Source: a virus (Duplodnaviria > Caudoviricetes). Taken from it: DNA of 26,018 nucleotides. The position numbers and the translations under genes are program-made. Below the pieces are notes generated by a model that saw nothing but the letters and a program-made list of their open reading frames with translations, did not search any database and was not told the DNA's origin. Of this stretch, positions 7,709 to 16,134 are shown piece by piece. The DNA is taken from positions 1-26,018 of the IMG/VR virus record IMGVR_UViG_3300021957_000258, one strand, 5' to 3'. Position 1 is the first letter of the stretch. Every line of letters begins with the position of its first letter.

Positions 7709-8011
7709 TTAACCCTCGTCTTTTTTCCACAATCCGTCTTCTAATCGACCTGTACGACCAGATATCTCTTTGTAAGCCGCTTGCATGCACTCCTCGAGCG
7801 TTAAACCTTTTTGTTCAGCTAAAACGATCAAACAAACCGCACAATCTCCTATCCCGTCTATTAACCCTGCTTGGTCACCGTAGGCGAGTGCTTTAGCTGT
7901 TTCACCGACTTCTTCTACAAGTTTTAACATCTGTTTTTCAGGTTGTATATCTTGTCCGTAAATTAATCCACGGACTTCCGCCCAATCAGCTATATCATCA
8001 ATTACTTTCAT
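7709..8011 (-). CDS. MazG-like nucleotide pyrophosphohydrolase
   Basis: KLVEEVGE...DGIGD...LEECMQAAYKEI.GRTG. Confidence 0.85.
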   Translation of the reverse strand: MKVIDDIADWAEVRGLIYGQDIQPEKQMLKLVEEVGETAKALAYGDQAGLIDGIGDCAVCLIVLAEQKGLTLEECMQAAYKEISGRTGRLEDGLWKKDEG

Positions 8012-8238
8012 ATTGAAGGCTCCTGCGGTGGTTGTGGAGGTAAAGTTAAATCAAAAGATATTTGTTTTTTATCGATCATCCTGCGTAAAGCTTCATGAAC
8101 GTGAAACATTTCGATTCGACCGTTTTCGCCTTCAGGCATCTTAAATGCTATTTTAATGGTAGCAATCGGATAATCTTGTGATTCGTCCGTATGTGAGATT
8201 CTATAACCTACCGCACCCATCATATTGAAATTACTCAT
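8008..8238 (-). CDS. hypothetical protein
   Basis: Probable start at ATG 8238 (MSNFN), coupled to neighbours. Confidence 0.65.
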   Translation of the reverse strand: MSNFNMMGAVGYRISHTDESQDYPIATIKIAFKMPEGENGRIEMFHVHEALRRMIDKKQISFDLTLPPQPPQEPSI

Positions 8239-8404
8239 CTTTACCACTCAAATCTGTTGTAACAACTCGACCGCTTTTGTATTTAAGTTCACGGTAATGT
8301 GTTGTTTCACTTTTTTGAAAATAATATGAAATTAGTTTGTTATTATCTTCTTCTTGTGCAAGTTTTTCGCGTTGTTGCTCAACGACTGCCTTATGTTGTG
8401 TCAT
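8231..8404 (-). CDS. hypothetical protein (57 aa, not in ORF track)
   Basis: MTQHKAVVEQQREKLAQEED...GKDE*. AAGGAGG RBS and ATGA overlap. Confidence 0.75.
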   Translation of the reverse strand: MTQHKAVVEQQREKLAQEEDNNKLISYYFQKSETTHYRELKYKSGRVVTTDLSGKDE

Positions 8405-8649
8405 AAGTCCTCCTTATAATCGAAACCTTCTAACATAGCATCGGTTATTTTGTCATAATCGATAACGTCATCAGCTTCTAATGTATCAAATAATAATGCT
8501 ATACCCCGTTCGACTCTATTACGATCCATACGTGCTAAATATTCTTCAGACGTTTGATCAGCAATATAAGGTTCTAAAGCTATAGCGATCGTCGCAACAG
8601 CTCGTTCTATAGGATTTAAATCAAATTTGGGTTTAGCTTTTCGTGGCAT
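8401..8649 (-). CDS. hypothetical protein
   Basis: 82 aa, tightly packed in the operon. Confidence 0.7.
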   Translation of the reverse strand: MPRKAKPKFDLNPIERAVATIAIALEPYIADQTSEEYLARMDRNRVERGIALLFDTLEADDVIDYDKITDAMLEGFDYKEDL

Positions 8650-8887
8650 CTTCGTTTTCTTTTTTGAAACGATTAATCATCGTATCAAAGATATCGTTAA
8701 TCACAACAGGTTCTTCTGTTTTGACCACGTTGGCTTCAACTTCTAGCTTTTTAAGGCGTTGAATTAACATTTTATTCACATCGAGTTGACTATTCATAAA
8801 CTCTTGTGTTTTACGTTGCGTTTGTACTAATAAATCGAGGCTTTGTGTAAGCGTATCGATCATTTGCATTATTTCATTCTTATCCAT
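8633..8887 (-). CDS. coiled-coil hypothetical protein
   Basis: 84 aa, AGAAAGGAG RBS. Confidence 0.75.
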   Translation of the reverse strand: MDKNEIMQMIDTLTQSLDLLVQTQRKTQEFMNSQLDVNKMLIQRLKKLEVEANVVKTEEPVVINDIFDTMINRFKKENEDATKS

Positions 8888-8966
8888 TTATTTCTCCTTT
8901 CTTATTAATAAACTGTAAAAAGTGTGGCGTTGTATTAGGATTGTTCCTTTAAGCCTCATCCTTGTA

Positions 8967-9089
8967 TTAAGGCACCACGTTTTGTGCCAGAGAGGTGAGC
9001 GGTCTAACTAAAAAATCCCGCTCGGTGTACTTAATTATTGGAGTAATTATGAGTCTCTCTGGGCTTATCAAACTTGTTCTAGTAAACAT
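8967..9089 (-). other. structured leader RNA and/or 40-aa leaderless uORF
   Basis: Stems 8987-8994/9055-9062, 8997-9002/9018-9023 and 9032-9037/9044-9049. ATG 9089 lies 6 nt after the -10 and is open to TAA at 8967. Confidence 0.45.
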
Positions 9090-9095
9090 ACTTAT

Positions 9096-9129
9096 AGTAT
9101 AAAGTACGAAAGTTAGCAAAGTAAAGCAC
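9096..9129 (-). promoter_or_regulatory. recurrent phage promoter
   Basis: GTGC-TTTACT-N18-TATACT. Confidence 0.75.
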
Positions 9130-9131
9130 TA

Positions 9132-9320
9132 TTAAGAACCTCTGATTCTTGCCATTGCTTTTGTTCTTTGATATATTGCACGACCGCACTTTGGATCTAA
9201 AAAGATCGTAGGAGATAGATTGCCAAACCTATCGTTAGTTTGTACGTGTTTAACGTCTTGCCAATCAGCTCCACCTGTTGCTAACACTTTGCGTAATAAT
9301 TTAGCTTTCTTTAAGTTCAT
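9132..9320 (-). CDS. basic hypothetical protein (62 aa)
   Basis: Start revised to ATG 9320 (MNLKKAKLLRK) after GGAG, which avoids a long overlap with 9301..9513. Confidence 0.7.
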   Translation of the reverse strand: MNLKKAKLLRKVLATGGADWQDVKHVQTNDRFGNLSPTIFLDPKCGRAIYQRTKAMARIRGS

Positions 9321-9513
9321 AGTTTTTCTCCATACATTTTGACCATTCATCTCTTTTGACTTCTTCAGGATAATTTGTATAAAACAATCCTTTACATTCT
9401 TCAAACTGTTTACGCCAAGCCGCAGGGTCATATCGATTGTTCCACTCTTTAGTTTGCGGAACGTATGACGCACAGCCTGTAATGATAAACATGGTTAATA
9501 ATCGATAGATCAT
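9301..9513 (-). CDS. small lipoprotein
   Basis: MIYRLLTMFIITG-C lipobox and two further Cys. Confidence 0.65.
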   Translation of the reverse strand: MIYRLLTMFIITGCASYVPQTKEWNNRYDPAAWRKQFEECKGLFYTNYPEEVKRDEWSKCMEKNYELKES

Positions 9514-9827
9514 AATTCGTCGGCTTCTATATTATCAGGTAATTCTACACAAGGTAGGTTGTTGTAATCTTCGTATTCCATATCTAAATAGAAAGCTTCG
9601 TTTTGTTCTGGATCGGGTCCAGGAATTACAAATCTAGCTCTAACTTCGACATCGTTATGATCCATTGTAAATGTTATTGGAAGTTTGACGAGTTCTAAAT
9701 CGTAGCCTAATTCTATTAAAGCATTTTTAACCATGCTTACATCAGGGTATCTATTTTTGCCAAACTCTTCTGCTTGTTGAGATAGTTTTTCTAATATCTC
9801 AACCGTTGTATATTTAACTTGTCCCAT
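9510..9827 (-). CDS. acidic hypothetical protein
   Basis: 105 aa, AGGAG RBS. Confidence 0.75.
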   Translation of the reverse strand: MGQVKYTTVEILEKLSQQAEEFGKNRYPDVSMVKNALIELGYDLELVKLPITFTMDHNDVEVRARFVIPGPDPEQNEAFYLDMEYEDYNNLPCVELPDNIEADEL

Positions 9828-10017
9828 CTTTTTCTCCTATAAGATTATCAATAGCTTCGTACATAACGTTATGAACTGCTTTTTCAAAAAGCTCAGCGTC
9901 TTGGTTTTTAATTTCAATAAACGGATCTTTTAACATTGCATGTATTACGTGTCGTGCTAAAACTGCTACATTGGTTTTACATGTCAATCCGCTTTGTTTA
10001 GTTATTTCTATTTCCAT
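9814..10017 (-). CDS. hypothetical protein
   Basis: 67 aa, packed in the operon. Confidence 0.7.
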   Translation of the reverse strand: MEIEITKQSGLTCKTNVAVLARHVIHAMLKDPFIEIKNQDAELFEKAVHNVMYEAIDNLIGEKDGTS

Positions 10018-10028
10018 CGTTTTCCCCT

Positions 10029-10065
10029 AAAAAATAAGTGCACAACGATCACCGCTGTGCACTTA
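10029..10065 (-). terminator. hairpin / probable terminator
   Basis: TAAGTGCACA/TGTGCACTTA 10-bp stem followed by a T run. Confidence 0.65.
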
Positions 10066-10070
10066 CATGA

Positions 10071-10442
10071 TTATACCTTTGCGAAGTAGCCTTCGACAAC
10101 AAGTCTTTTCGCATAAAATCTAAAGATTCTAAGCGGATCTTGACCTGTAGTCAGATTGCCTTTCTTCACTGCGAGAGATACTAAATCCTGTGCTGTAAAA
10201 CCAGATGAATTAAGTTCATCTTTTTTAGCTTCACTAACGGTCAAGATTAAGGCTCTCATCTGTGGAGTAAAACCTTTAGACTCAGGAACTTTGCCTATGA
10301 ACTTATATAAAGTTCTAGAAGCTCCTTTGCCTGTTGAACTAGGCTTAGGGACTGCTGTCACTTTAGCTTTGCTCAAAGGTTTAGTTACTGCTTTCGCAGG
10401 AACTCTCTTCGCAGAGGTAGATGTAGATGTTGCTGTATGCAT
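10071..10442 (-). CDS. basic hypothetical protein, paralogue 3 of the small putative winged-helix family
   Basis: Start revised to ATG 10442 after AGAAAGGAG. K/A/T/P-rich N-tail, then TPQMRALI, FTAQDL and QDPLRIFRFY. Confidence 0.8.
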   Translation of the reverse strand: MHTATSTSTSAKRVPAKAVTKPLSKAKVTAVPKPSSTGKGASRTLYKFIGKVPESKGFTPQMRALILTVSEAKKDELNSSGFTAQDLVSLAVKKGNLTTGQDPLRIFRFYAKRLVVEGYFAKV

Positions 10443-10499
10443 ATCTTTCTCCTTTCTTATGGTTAACAAATTCTAACCTGCGTTAGAACAACTATTAAT

Positions 10500-10532
10500 A
10501 GTATGCCTACGAAATACACGAAAGTAAAGCAC
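10500..10532 (-). promoter_or_regulatory. recurrent phage promoter
   Basis: GTGC-TTTACT-N17-CATACT. Confidence 0.75.
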
Positions 10533-10560
10533 TATAACGAGCACCTCATAGGCAGACTGT

Positions 10561-10821
10561 TTACAAGCTACGCCAAACGCGGACGCCTGAGATTTCGTCT
10601 TCTAAACGATATCTAATGACGAACTTCCATTCGGGTTCTTGTTTTTTGCCAAAGCCTCGACTGGCTTGGGCTAAACGGTTTTTCATTCGCTGAGAGTTAT
10701 CGCTTGGGCTAAGTTGAAAGAAGATCGAATCTCCTACATTCATCTTAGCAAACGGATAGCTTGTCTGCGAACGTTGATCCTCAGGTAAAGGTATACCTGA
10801 TTCTATTATAGGGTCTTGCAT
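10561..10821 (-). CDS. conserved small phage protein, putative DNA-binding
   Basis: IESGIPLP...YPFAKMNVGDS...GVRVWR pattern, familiar from small phage proteins. Confidence 0.7.
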   Translation of the reverse strand: MQDPIIESGIPLPEDQRSQTSYPFAKMNVGDSIFFQLSPSDNSQRMKNRLAQASRGFGKKQEPEWKFVIRYRLEDEISGVRVWRSL

Positions 10822-11060
10822 TAGTGCACCTCCTTAGGTGGGTCGGAAAACTCAACTAGACCTTTTTCTTCTAGGTAGTTTTTCCAAAACATTAAAATTA
10901 ATCCAGGATCAGTGATCCCATGTAGTTCCTGACAGCCTTGAGCAATCATGGTGTCACGTATAACGGAAGCCAACTCATCGTTGGCTCCGTCATAAAGTGC
11001 CGCCCATACCATGCCTAAAACCTCACCATCAACTAAATATGATTTAGGGTCTTTCGGCAT
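10821..11060 (-). CDS. hypothetical protein
   Basis: 79 aa, TAATG coupling at both ends. Confidence 0.75.
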   Translation of the reverse strand: MPKDPKSYLVDGEVLGMVWAALYDGANDELASVIRDTMIAQGCQELHGITDPGLILMFWKNYLEEKGLVEFSDPPKEVH

Positions 11061-12094
11061 TACACAGCCTCCGCGTACTTCACAGCTAAGTCTAGGGCTT
11101 TGGCTTTACGATTAGCCGCTGCTCCGAACCATGAGCTATGTAGAGCGTTGCCTTCGGTTACAGACTCACGTAAATGGTCTTCAACGTAGGTGACAGCATT
11201 TAATGCTCCCCACCACGTACCTTTGGCAGACTTCAGGTTTGCACCTGGAGACTGTTCTAACGCATCAACAGCTAGAAGTGGGAACTTGTTAAATTGATCA
11301 ACAAGAGGTTCTTGCATACCTATCAACTTACCTTCAGCTTTGAGCTGCTGGTCGTGTCTATAAGCTGCAATCATATCAGGTTGATAAATATCACCTACAA
11401 ACTCAAGGAACTGAGAATGTTTAGCTTTCTTCTTAGAGAGTAAGGTTGCAGCTTCTCTAAACTCTGTCATACGCTCAGCAGATAGCCCTAAAGCTTCTTC
11501 TGCAATCTGTATAACATCGTCATCGAATGCTTTAACGTGTGGCATACGGAAAGACGCTGTCCCACCGTGTTGTAAAGCCATCGTTAAAGTGTTGTTGCAA
11601 ACAACTCTAATAGGTGTCAACTTAATAGTCATTGCTCGACCAACTATGTGAGGTTGGTTAATAAGCAAATAACCTTTAATAAGGTCGTCACCCGCTAGTT
11701 CGAAGTCTTCTGAGATTTTAGCTAAACCCCAAATTTCTCCACCATCTTTTAAACTACCTGCGGTTTCCATGGTCATATGACCAGCATCCGTAAAGCGTTT
11801 AAAGAATTTGAATACGTCTTCATTTTGTATAGGGACATAGTCTCTACCACAATGCGATAGTATTCGGTTATCGCTATCTCGAACAACGTGGAAGGTATTT
11901 TCCGCTTGGATAAGACCAACATCGTCACTCCATTCAGGAGCGTCTATAGTATAACTAGGACGTTTGCTAACTGTCCAGTCTAACTGAGCCGCTTTCTGCA
12001 TTTCAGATGGTTTCAGATTTGAATCCACCTCAACACCTAATCCGTGCCAAGGTACATCCCCCGTCCAAGCCATCGTTTCTACTTGGTGTGCCAT
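11060..12094 (-). CDS. DUF932-family phage/plasmid protein
   Basis: Start revised to 12094. MAHQVETMAW...PWHGLG, ETAGSL.GG..W, TPIRVVCNNTL, GTWWGALNAVT. Confidence 0.85.
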   Translation of the reverse strand: MAHQVETMAWTGDVPWHGLGVEVDSNLKPSEMQKAAQLDWTVSKRPSYTIDAPEWSDDVGLIQAENTFHVVRDSDNRILSHCGRDYVPIQNEDVFKFFKRFTDAGHMTMETAGSLKDGGEIWGLAKISEDFELAGDDLIKGYLLINQPHIVGRAMTIKLTPIRVVCNNTLTMALQHGGTASFRMPHVKAFDDDVIQIAEEALGLSAERMTEFREAATLLSKKKAKHSQFLEFVGDIYQPDMIAAYRHDQQLKAEGKLIGMQEPLVDQFNKFPLLAVDALEQSPGANLKSAKGTWWGALNAVTYVEDHLRESVTEGNALHSSWFGAAANRKAKALDLAVKYAEAV

Positions 12095-12162
12095 AATTTT
12101 CTCCTTTCTAATGTGCATGGCTGCACTGGTTAATCACGTAGCCGTTTAGCTACCTTTTAAAT

Positions 12163-12193
12163 AGTATATAAGAACGTTAGGAAAGTAAAGCAC
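12163..12193 (-). promoter_or_regulatory. recurrent phage promoter overlapping the nuclease 3' end
   Basis: GTGC-TTTACT-N15-TATACT (short spacer). Confidence 0.6.
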
Positions 12194-12566
12194 TAGTAAG
12201 AGCCTCCCAATCGTAAGGAATCGTGAGAGTCACTAGAGCCTTAGATTTATATCCAGTCTTAACCAGTTCTTGAATCCCTGTCAGACTGTCGATATGGTAG
12301 AGCTTAATCTCATCGTTTTTACGAGCCATAACAAAGACTTGACCACCAAACGATGCACGTTTAGCTAACCACGATATTTGCATAGGTCGTAGAGTAAGAG
12401 CATTGCCCGAATGTATTTCTTTTAACTCGATCCAGAACTCTTTGCCTTTAGCACAACCGTTAACGTCAGGAACACCTGCTCCTGTCATACCTGTTTCAAT
12501 TCGTTGTAAATGTATTTCAGGTAGATTTGACCTTAACAAGAGCCATAAATTTTTTTCTTTCGCCAT
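12177..12566 (-). CDS. PD-(D/E)XK nuclease (VRR-NUC / Holliday junction resolvase-like)
   Basis: RIE..GVPD...FWIELK...LRPMQISW. Confidence 0.85.
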   Translation of the reverse strand: MAKEKNLWLLLRSNLPEIHLQRIETGMTGAGVPDVNGCAKGKEFWIELKEIHSGNALTLRPMQISWLAKRASFGGQVFVMARKNDEIKLYHIDSLTGIQELVKTGYKSKALVTLTIPYDWEALTSALLS

Positions 12567-13218
12567 ATTTCATTTTACGGTAACGTTTCATAATCGAGCG
12601 TTTTGTTAATACCGACCATTTAGCGTTTCTGTATTTTGCTCGTTTTCGATGTTTAGATATATTAGGTTCTCGCCACCAATAATTCCTCCATTTTTTCAAT
12701 TTAAAAAATAAAGGATCAGGTTTGTATACAGTACCGTCTGAGTATCTAGGTGTTGTATGTTCTTCATGTAACACACGTTCGAGCCATCGCATATCTTCTT
12801 GTACGTAAGGTTCATCGGTCGCTAAATATTCTATATGGTCTAAAATATCGTTATCTATAACCGCTTCGTCATAAGCACAACAAGACCAATTTTGATATTT
12901 ATTTGATAATATCTGTTTACGTTTGCCTGATCCATAAGTTGAATGTGGGTCTTTATTTTTAGAATACTGATGTTGTTTTTGACAATCTTTAGAACAATAG
13001 TTTAATAATCCAGTCTGACTCTTAAAAAACTCAACGGAACAATTTACACACGATCGAGGAGCTTCTACATATAATCGTTTATGTCTATCTTTATCATGAA
13101 ACTTAACACTACATTTAGAACTACAAAATTTCCGTCTTTGTCCGTATAAAGGTTTCGAACATACCTTGCATTCTCCGTTGTTCGGTAGTTCTATTTGTGT
13201 GTTACTTGCTAAAAACAT
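12517..13218 (-). CDS. zinc-finger-containing hypothetical protein
   Basis: Two CxxC...[FY]CSxxC units and a basic C-terminus. Confidence 0.7.
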   Translation of the reverse strand: MFLASNTQIELPNNGECKVCSKPLYGQRRKFCSSKCSVKFHDKDRHKRLYVEAPRSCVNCSVEFFKSQTGLLNYCSKDCQKQHQYSKNKDPHSTYGSGKRKQILSNKYQNWSCCAYDEAVIDNDILDHIEYLATDEPYVQEDMRWLERVLHEEHTTPRYSDGTVYKPDPLFFKLKKWRNYWWREPNISKHRKRAKYRNAKWSVLTKRSIMKRYRKMKYGERKKFMALVKVKST

Positions 13219-13226
13219 ATACCTTA

Positions 13227-13259
13227 AATATAAAAGGCAAAGTTTAGAAAGTAAAGCAC
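13227..13259 (-). promoter_or_regulatory. recurrent phage promoter (near-leaderless)
   Basis: GTGC-TTTACT-N17-TATATT, 8 nt before ATG 13218. Confidence 0.7.
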
Positions 13260-13263
13260 TGCC

Positions 13264-13608
13264 CTAGCCCGACCAGTCCCAACCAGTATGTGGAGCGGCT
13301 TTTTGGTTATTAGCAATAAGTTTGATGTCCCTTTCTTTTAACCAGTCATCGAAAGCACGTTTAGTCTGATCGAGGTCATCGTACATATTTTTAAATTCAG
13401 ACCATTTGTTCCGAGCAAGTTGAGTACCGTAATAGTAATCACCTTCACCGAGTTTACAACGTGTAATAATTTGCCACATACGTTGTTTCGTTAGATTGTG
13501 TTCTTTACCCATTCGTTCTAGAGTAGTAGAGTCAGTAGACCATTGTTCGTACATTCTTCTATACCTAATCGAGTTTTCTTTAGCTTTTTCTTGTGAGATA
13601 CCTTTCAT
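13264..13608 (-). CDS. HTH protein (sigma70 region 4-like)
   Basis: TLERMGKEHNLTKQRMWQII. Start revised to 13608, ATGA-coupled to the polymerase. Confidence 0.65.
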   Translation of the reverse strand: MKGISQEKAKENSIRYRRMYEQWSTDSTTLERMGKEHNLTKQRMWQIITRCKLGEGDYYYGTQLARNKWSEFKNMYDDLDQTKRAFDDWLKERDIKLIANNQKAAPHTGWDWSG

Positions 13609-15470
13609 TTTATTTCCTTTGTTTCGCCCCATGAACTACCGAGTTCCTTATCCACTAGTAGGGGTACTGCAAGTTCTACACAAGATTCCATTATTTCTGC
13701 AATCTTATTAGCTTGTTCAGTGTTCTCTACTGAGATGTCAACCTCATCGTGGACTTGTAGGTGAGGAACTATTCCTTCCTCCCACAGACCAAGCATAGCT
13801 AACTTTGTCATGTCAGCAGCTGATCCTTGAATCAATCGATTCAGAGCTTTATATGTATATGATCTTTTTAAATTATCACCGTATTTTTCTTGTGCTTCTT
13901 CGTAGGGTAGAGGTAGAGTACGTTCATATCTATCTTCCCATAGATTAAAACGACAACGCCTACCAGCAAACGTTCTAATATAACCACGTTCCATAGCCAC
14001 CCTTGCACACTGATCTTGTAACCCTCTTATAAAAGGAACTTTATTATGATACTGCTGAAATAAAATCTCAGCTTCCGTATCGTCTATACCTAGTTCCTTA
14101 ATAAGTTTTTCCTTACCCATTCCGTAGCTAAGTCCTAGGTTAATGGTCTTAGCTTGTTTACGCGGTATTTTAGCCATATCTGCAACGATCTGGTGGAAGT
14201 CCGCATTCTTTTCTGTATATTCGATTACCGCATCTTTAGCCCCTGCTAAGTTCATACGATTAGCGTAATGAACTGTAAGTCTAGGTTCTTGTTGTGAATA
14301 ATCAAACACACCCCACTGACAACCGTCCTCTGGAATAAACAAAGATCGTATTAAATTACCGATCTCTGGATCTCTCGCAGGAACTTGTTGTAGATTAGGA
14401 TTGCTATAACTAAATCGACCACTAACTGTACCTCCGCGATCGTTACGCATAGCGTGGGCTTCAGCGTGTATACGACCATTGAAACAGTGATCTTTAATCA
14501 TCTTATCGATAAAAGTAGTTCTAGCTTTATTAAGTTTCCTTGCTCGAACAATAAGTTGTGGTAACTCGTGCTCGTGTCCTTCTAACCAGTCTTTTTGAAA
14601 ACTAGCCATACCTTTTGCAGTTCTAGGAAACCATATCTTGTTCTTTTCAAAGATAGCTTGTAACGATGCATTAGCCCATAAATTAACTTCTGCACCATAT
14701 TTACGTTTAATCTCAACCTGTAGCTTTTGTTCTTCGATCGATAACTTTTTACTAACATCGTCAGCTTTTTGTTCATCGATTCTAACACCCCGCCATCGCA
14801 TTTCTAACAATAGAGGAATCAGTCGACACTCCATGTCGAGTATCTTTTCTAACCCTTGCTCTTGAATTTCGATCTTTAATTTTTGCCAAAGTTTTAGAGT
14901 TAGTGCTGCATCTTGCTCACCATAAGGTCCAACGAACTTAGACGGTAACTTATACATTTCTGATTTAGGATTTACCCCAAACGATAAAGCAGCGTTTTGT
15001 AATAACGATTCATCTTTCTTTTCGTTACAGTAAAACTCACCGAGGTTATCTAAAGAATAAGAATACCTATTCTCGTTTACTAGGGGAGCCGCTACGATCG
15101 TATCTAATATTTTACCGCCTACGTGTACGCCTTCTCTACGGAGCCACCCTACGTCGTATAAGGCGTTATGAAATATAACGTCTCGCTTTTCCGATGCTAG
15201 AGTGTTGCGTAACCAACGTAATACAATATCTTCGTCAAGATTACCTCCGCCTTGATGACGGATCGGAAAGTAACCTTTCCAACCCTCTGTCGCAATACCA
15301 ACACCCACGATATACCCACGACCTGTTGCCCATCCTGGACCACAAGTCATAAGATGTGGATCGTAAGTTTCTAAATCTACTGCTATCGTCTCTGTTTCAG
15401 AAAACTGAGGAAAGACTTCAGGTATAGACCAGTCACTCGTTGGAGCGAACATAGGGGTTTGTAAAATCAC
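13605..15470 (-). CDS. polA: family A DNA polymerase with 3'-5' exonuclease
   Basis: Exonuclease motifs DLET, FHNALYD and YGEQD. Polymerase motifs GRFSYSNPNLQQVP, DYSQQEPR, RKQAKTINLGLSYG, IQGSAAD and QVHDE. GTG start. Confidence 0.97.
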   Translation of the reverse strand: MILQTPMFAPTSDWSIPEVFPQFSETETIAVDLETYDPHLMTCGPGWATGRGYIVGVGIATEGWKGYFPIRHQGGGNLDEDIVLRWLRNTLASEKRDVIFHNALYDVGWLRREGVHVGGKILDTIVAAPLVNENRYSYSLDNLGEFYCNEKKDESLLQNAALSFGVNPKSEMYKLPSKFVGPYGEQDAALTLKLWQKLKIEIQEQGLEKILDMECRLIPLLLEMRWRGVRIDEQKADDVSKKLSIEEQKLQVEIKRKYGAEVNLWANASLQAIFEKNKIWFPRTAKGMASFQKDWLEGHEHELPQLIVRARKLNKARTTFIDKMIKDHCFNGRIHAEAHAMRNDRGGTVSGRFSYSNPNLQQVPARDPEIGNLIRSLFIPEDGCQWGVFDYSQQEPRLTVHYANRMNLAGAKDAVIEYTEKNADFHQIVADMAKIPRKQAKTINLGLSYGMGKEKLIKELGIDDTEAEILFQQYHNKVPFIRGLQDQCARVAMERGYIRTFAGRRCRFNLWEDRYERTLPLPYEEAQEKYGDNLKRSYTYKALNRLIQGSAADMTKLAMLGLWEEGIVPHLQVHDEVDISVENTEQANKIAEIMESCVELAVPLLVDKELGSSWGETKEIK

Positions 15471-15787
15471 TTTTTCTTTTTAATACTCGTGACTTTAGTT
15501 TTCTTTGCCGCAGGTTTTTTACTCGTCTTCCTCTTAGGAGCTTTGCCACCTACCCAAGCTTCGTTAATATCTGCAGTAGACTTATCATCTGCTTTATAAC
15601 GACCTTTAGTACCACGTGCTCTTTTAGGTTCTTTAGCTACAACTTTATCGAATTTCTTTAAAGAAACTTCAGCTTCTTTAATCGCTTTTTCAAGAATATC
15701 TTCTTTAATAACGGTTTTCAATTCTTCTTTTGGTAAAGGTGTAAAAAATTTAACAAACTTTTTCCACCAACTATCTGTATTACTCAT
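15467..15787 (-). CDS. Lys-rich hypothetical protein
   Basis: RARGTKGRYKADDKSTADINEAW motif and a basic tail. Coupled on both sides. Confidence 0.7.
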   Translation of the reverse strand: MSNTDSWWKKFVKFFTPLPKEELKTVIKEDILEKAIKEAEVSLKKFDKVVAKEPKRARGTKGRYKADDKSTADINEAWVGGKAPKRKTSKKPAAKKTKVTSIKKKK

Positions 15788-16134
15788 TAGTAATCCTCCT
15801 TGCCATCTTCTGCGGCATAATTAACATCGTCAGCTTCAACGCTAACTTGGTTAGTATTAGCTAAAATGTATTCTTCAACTAATAATAAATATCTACGTAA
15901 GTCTCGAATATCATCGAGTAAACCTGCTTCGCCTTTATAGACTTCACCTGCTTCGAAGATATCCCACCCGTGCTTTTCAGACTGGTGTTCTATACGATCG
16001 AACTTACGTGCTAACATCATAAAGGCACCAACACCCCCACGACGTCTCCAAGAATCACCGTACGAAGTCTCTGCTCGTTTAAGAGCTTCAAGATCGTTTT
16101 GGGCAACTTCTTTCATATTTTCCCATTTGCTCAT
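15787..16134 (-). CDS. DUF1599/Nmad1-like all-alpha nucleotide pyrophosphatase-like protein
   Basis: Start revised to 16134. YGDSWRRRG..G..M.LARKFDR...DDIRDLRRYLLL, directly downstream of the hydroxymethylase. Confidence 0.65.
   Translation of the reverse strand: MSKWENMKEVAQNDLEALKRAETSYGDSWRRRGGVGAFMMLARKFDRIEHQSEKHGWDIFEAGEVYKGEAGLLDDIRDLRRYLLLVEEYILANTNQVSVEADDVNYAAEDGKEDY

Noticed and set aside
8986-9063. tRNA
   Set aside because: The fold is multi-stem but lacks the T-loop and D-loop consensus and a CCA end.
12517-13218. HNH homing endonuclease
   Set aside because: Zinc-finger units are present but I could not see an HNH catalytic motif.
14582-14788. 68-aa ORF nested in polA
   Set aside because: It is out of frame inside an intact polymerase gene, with no supporting signal.
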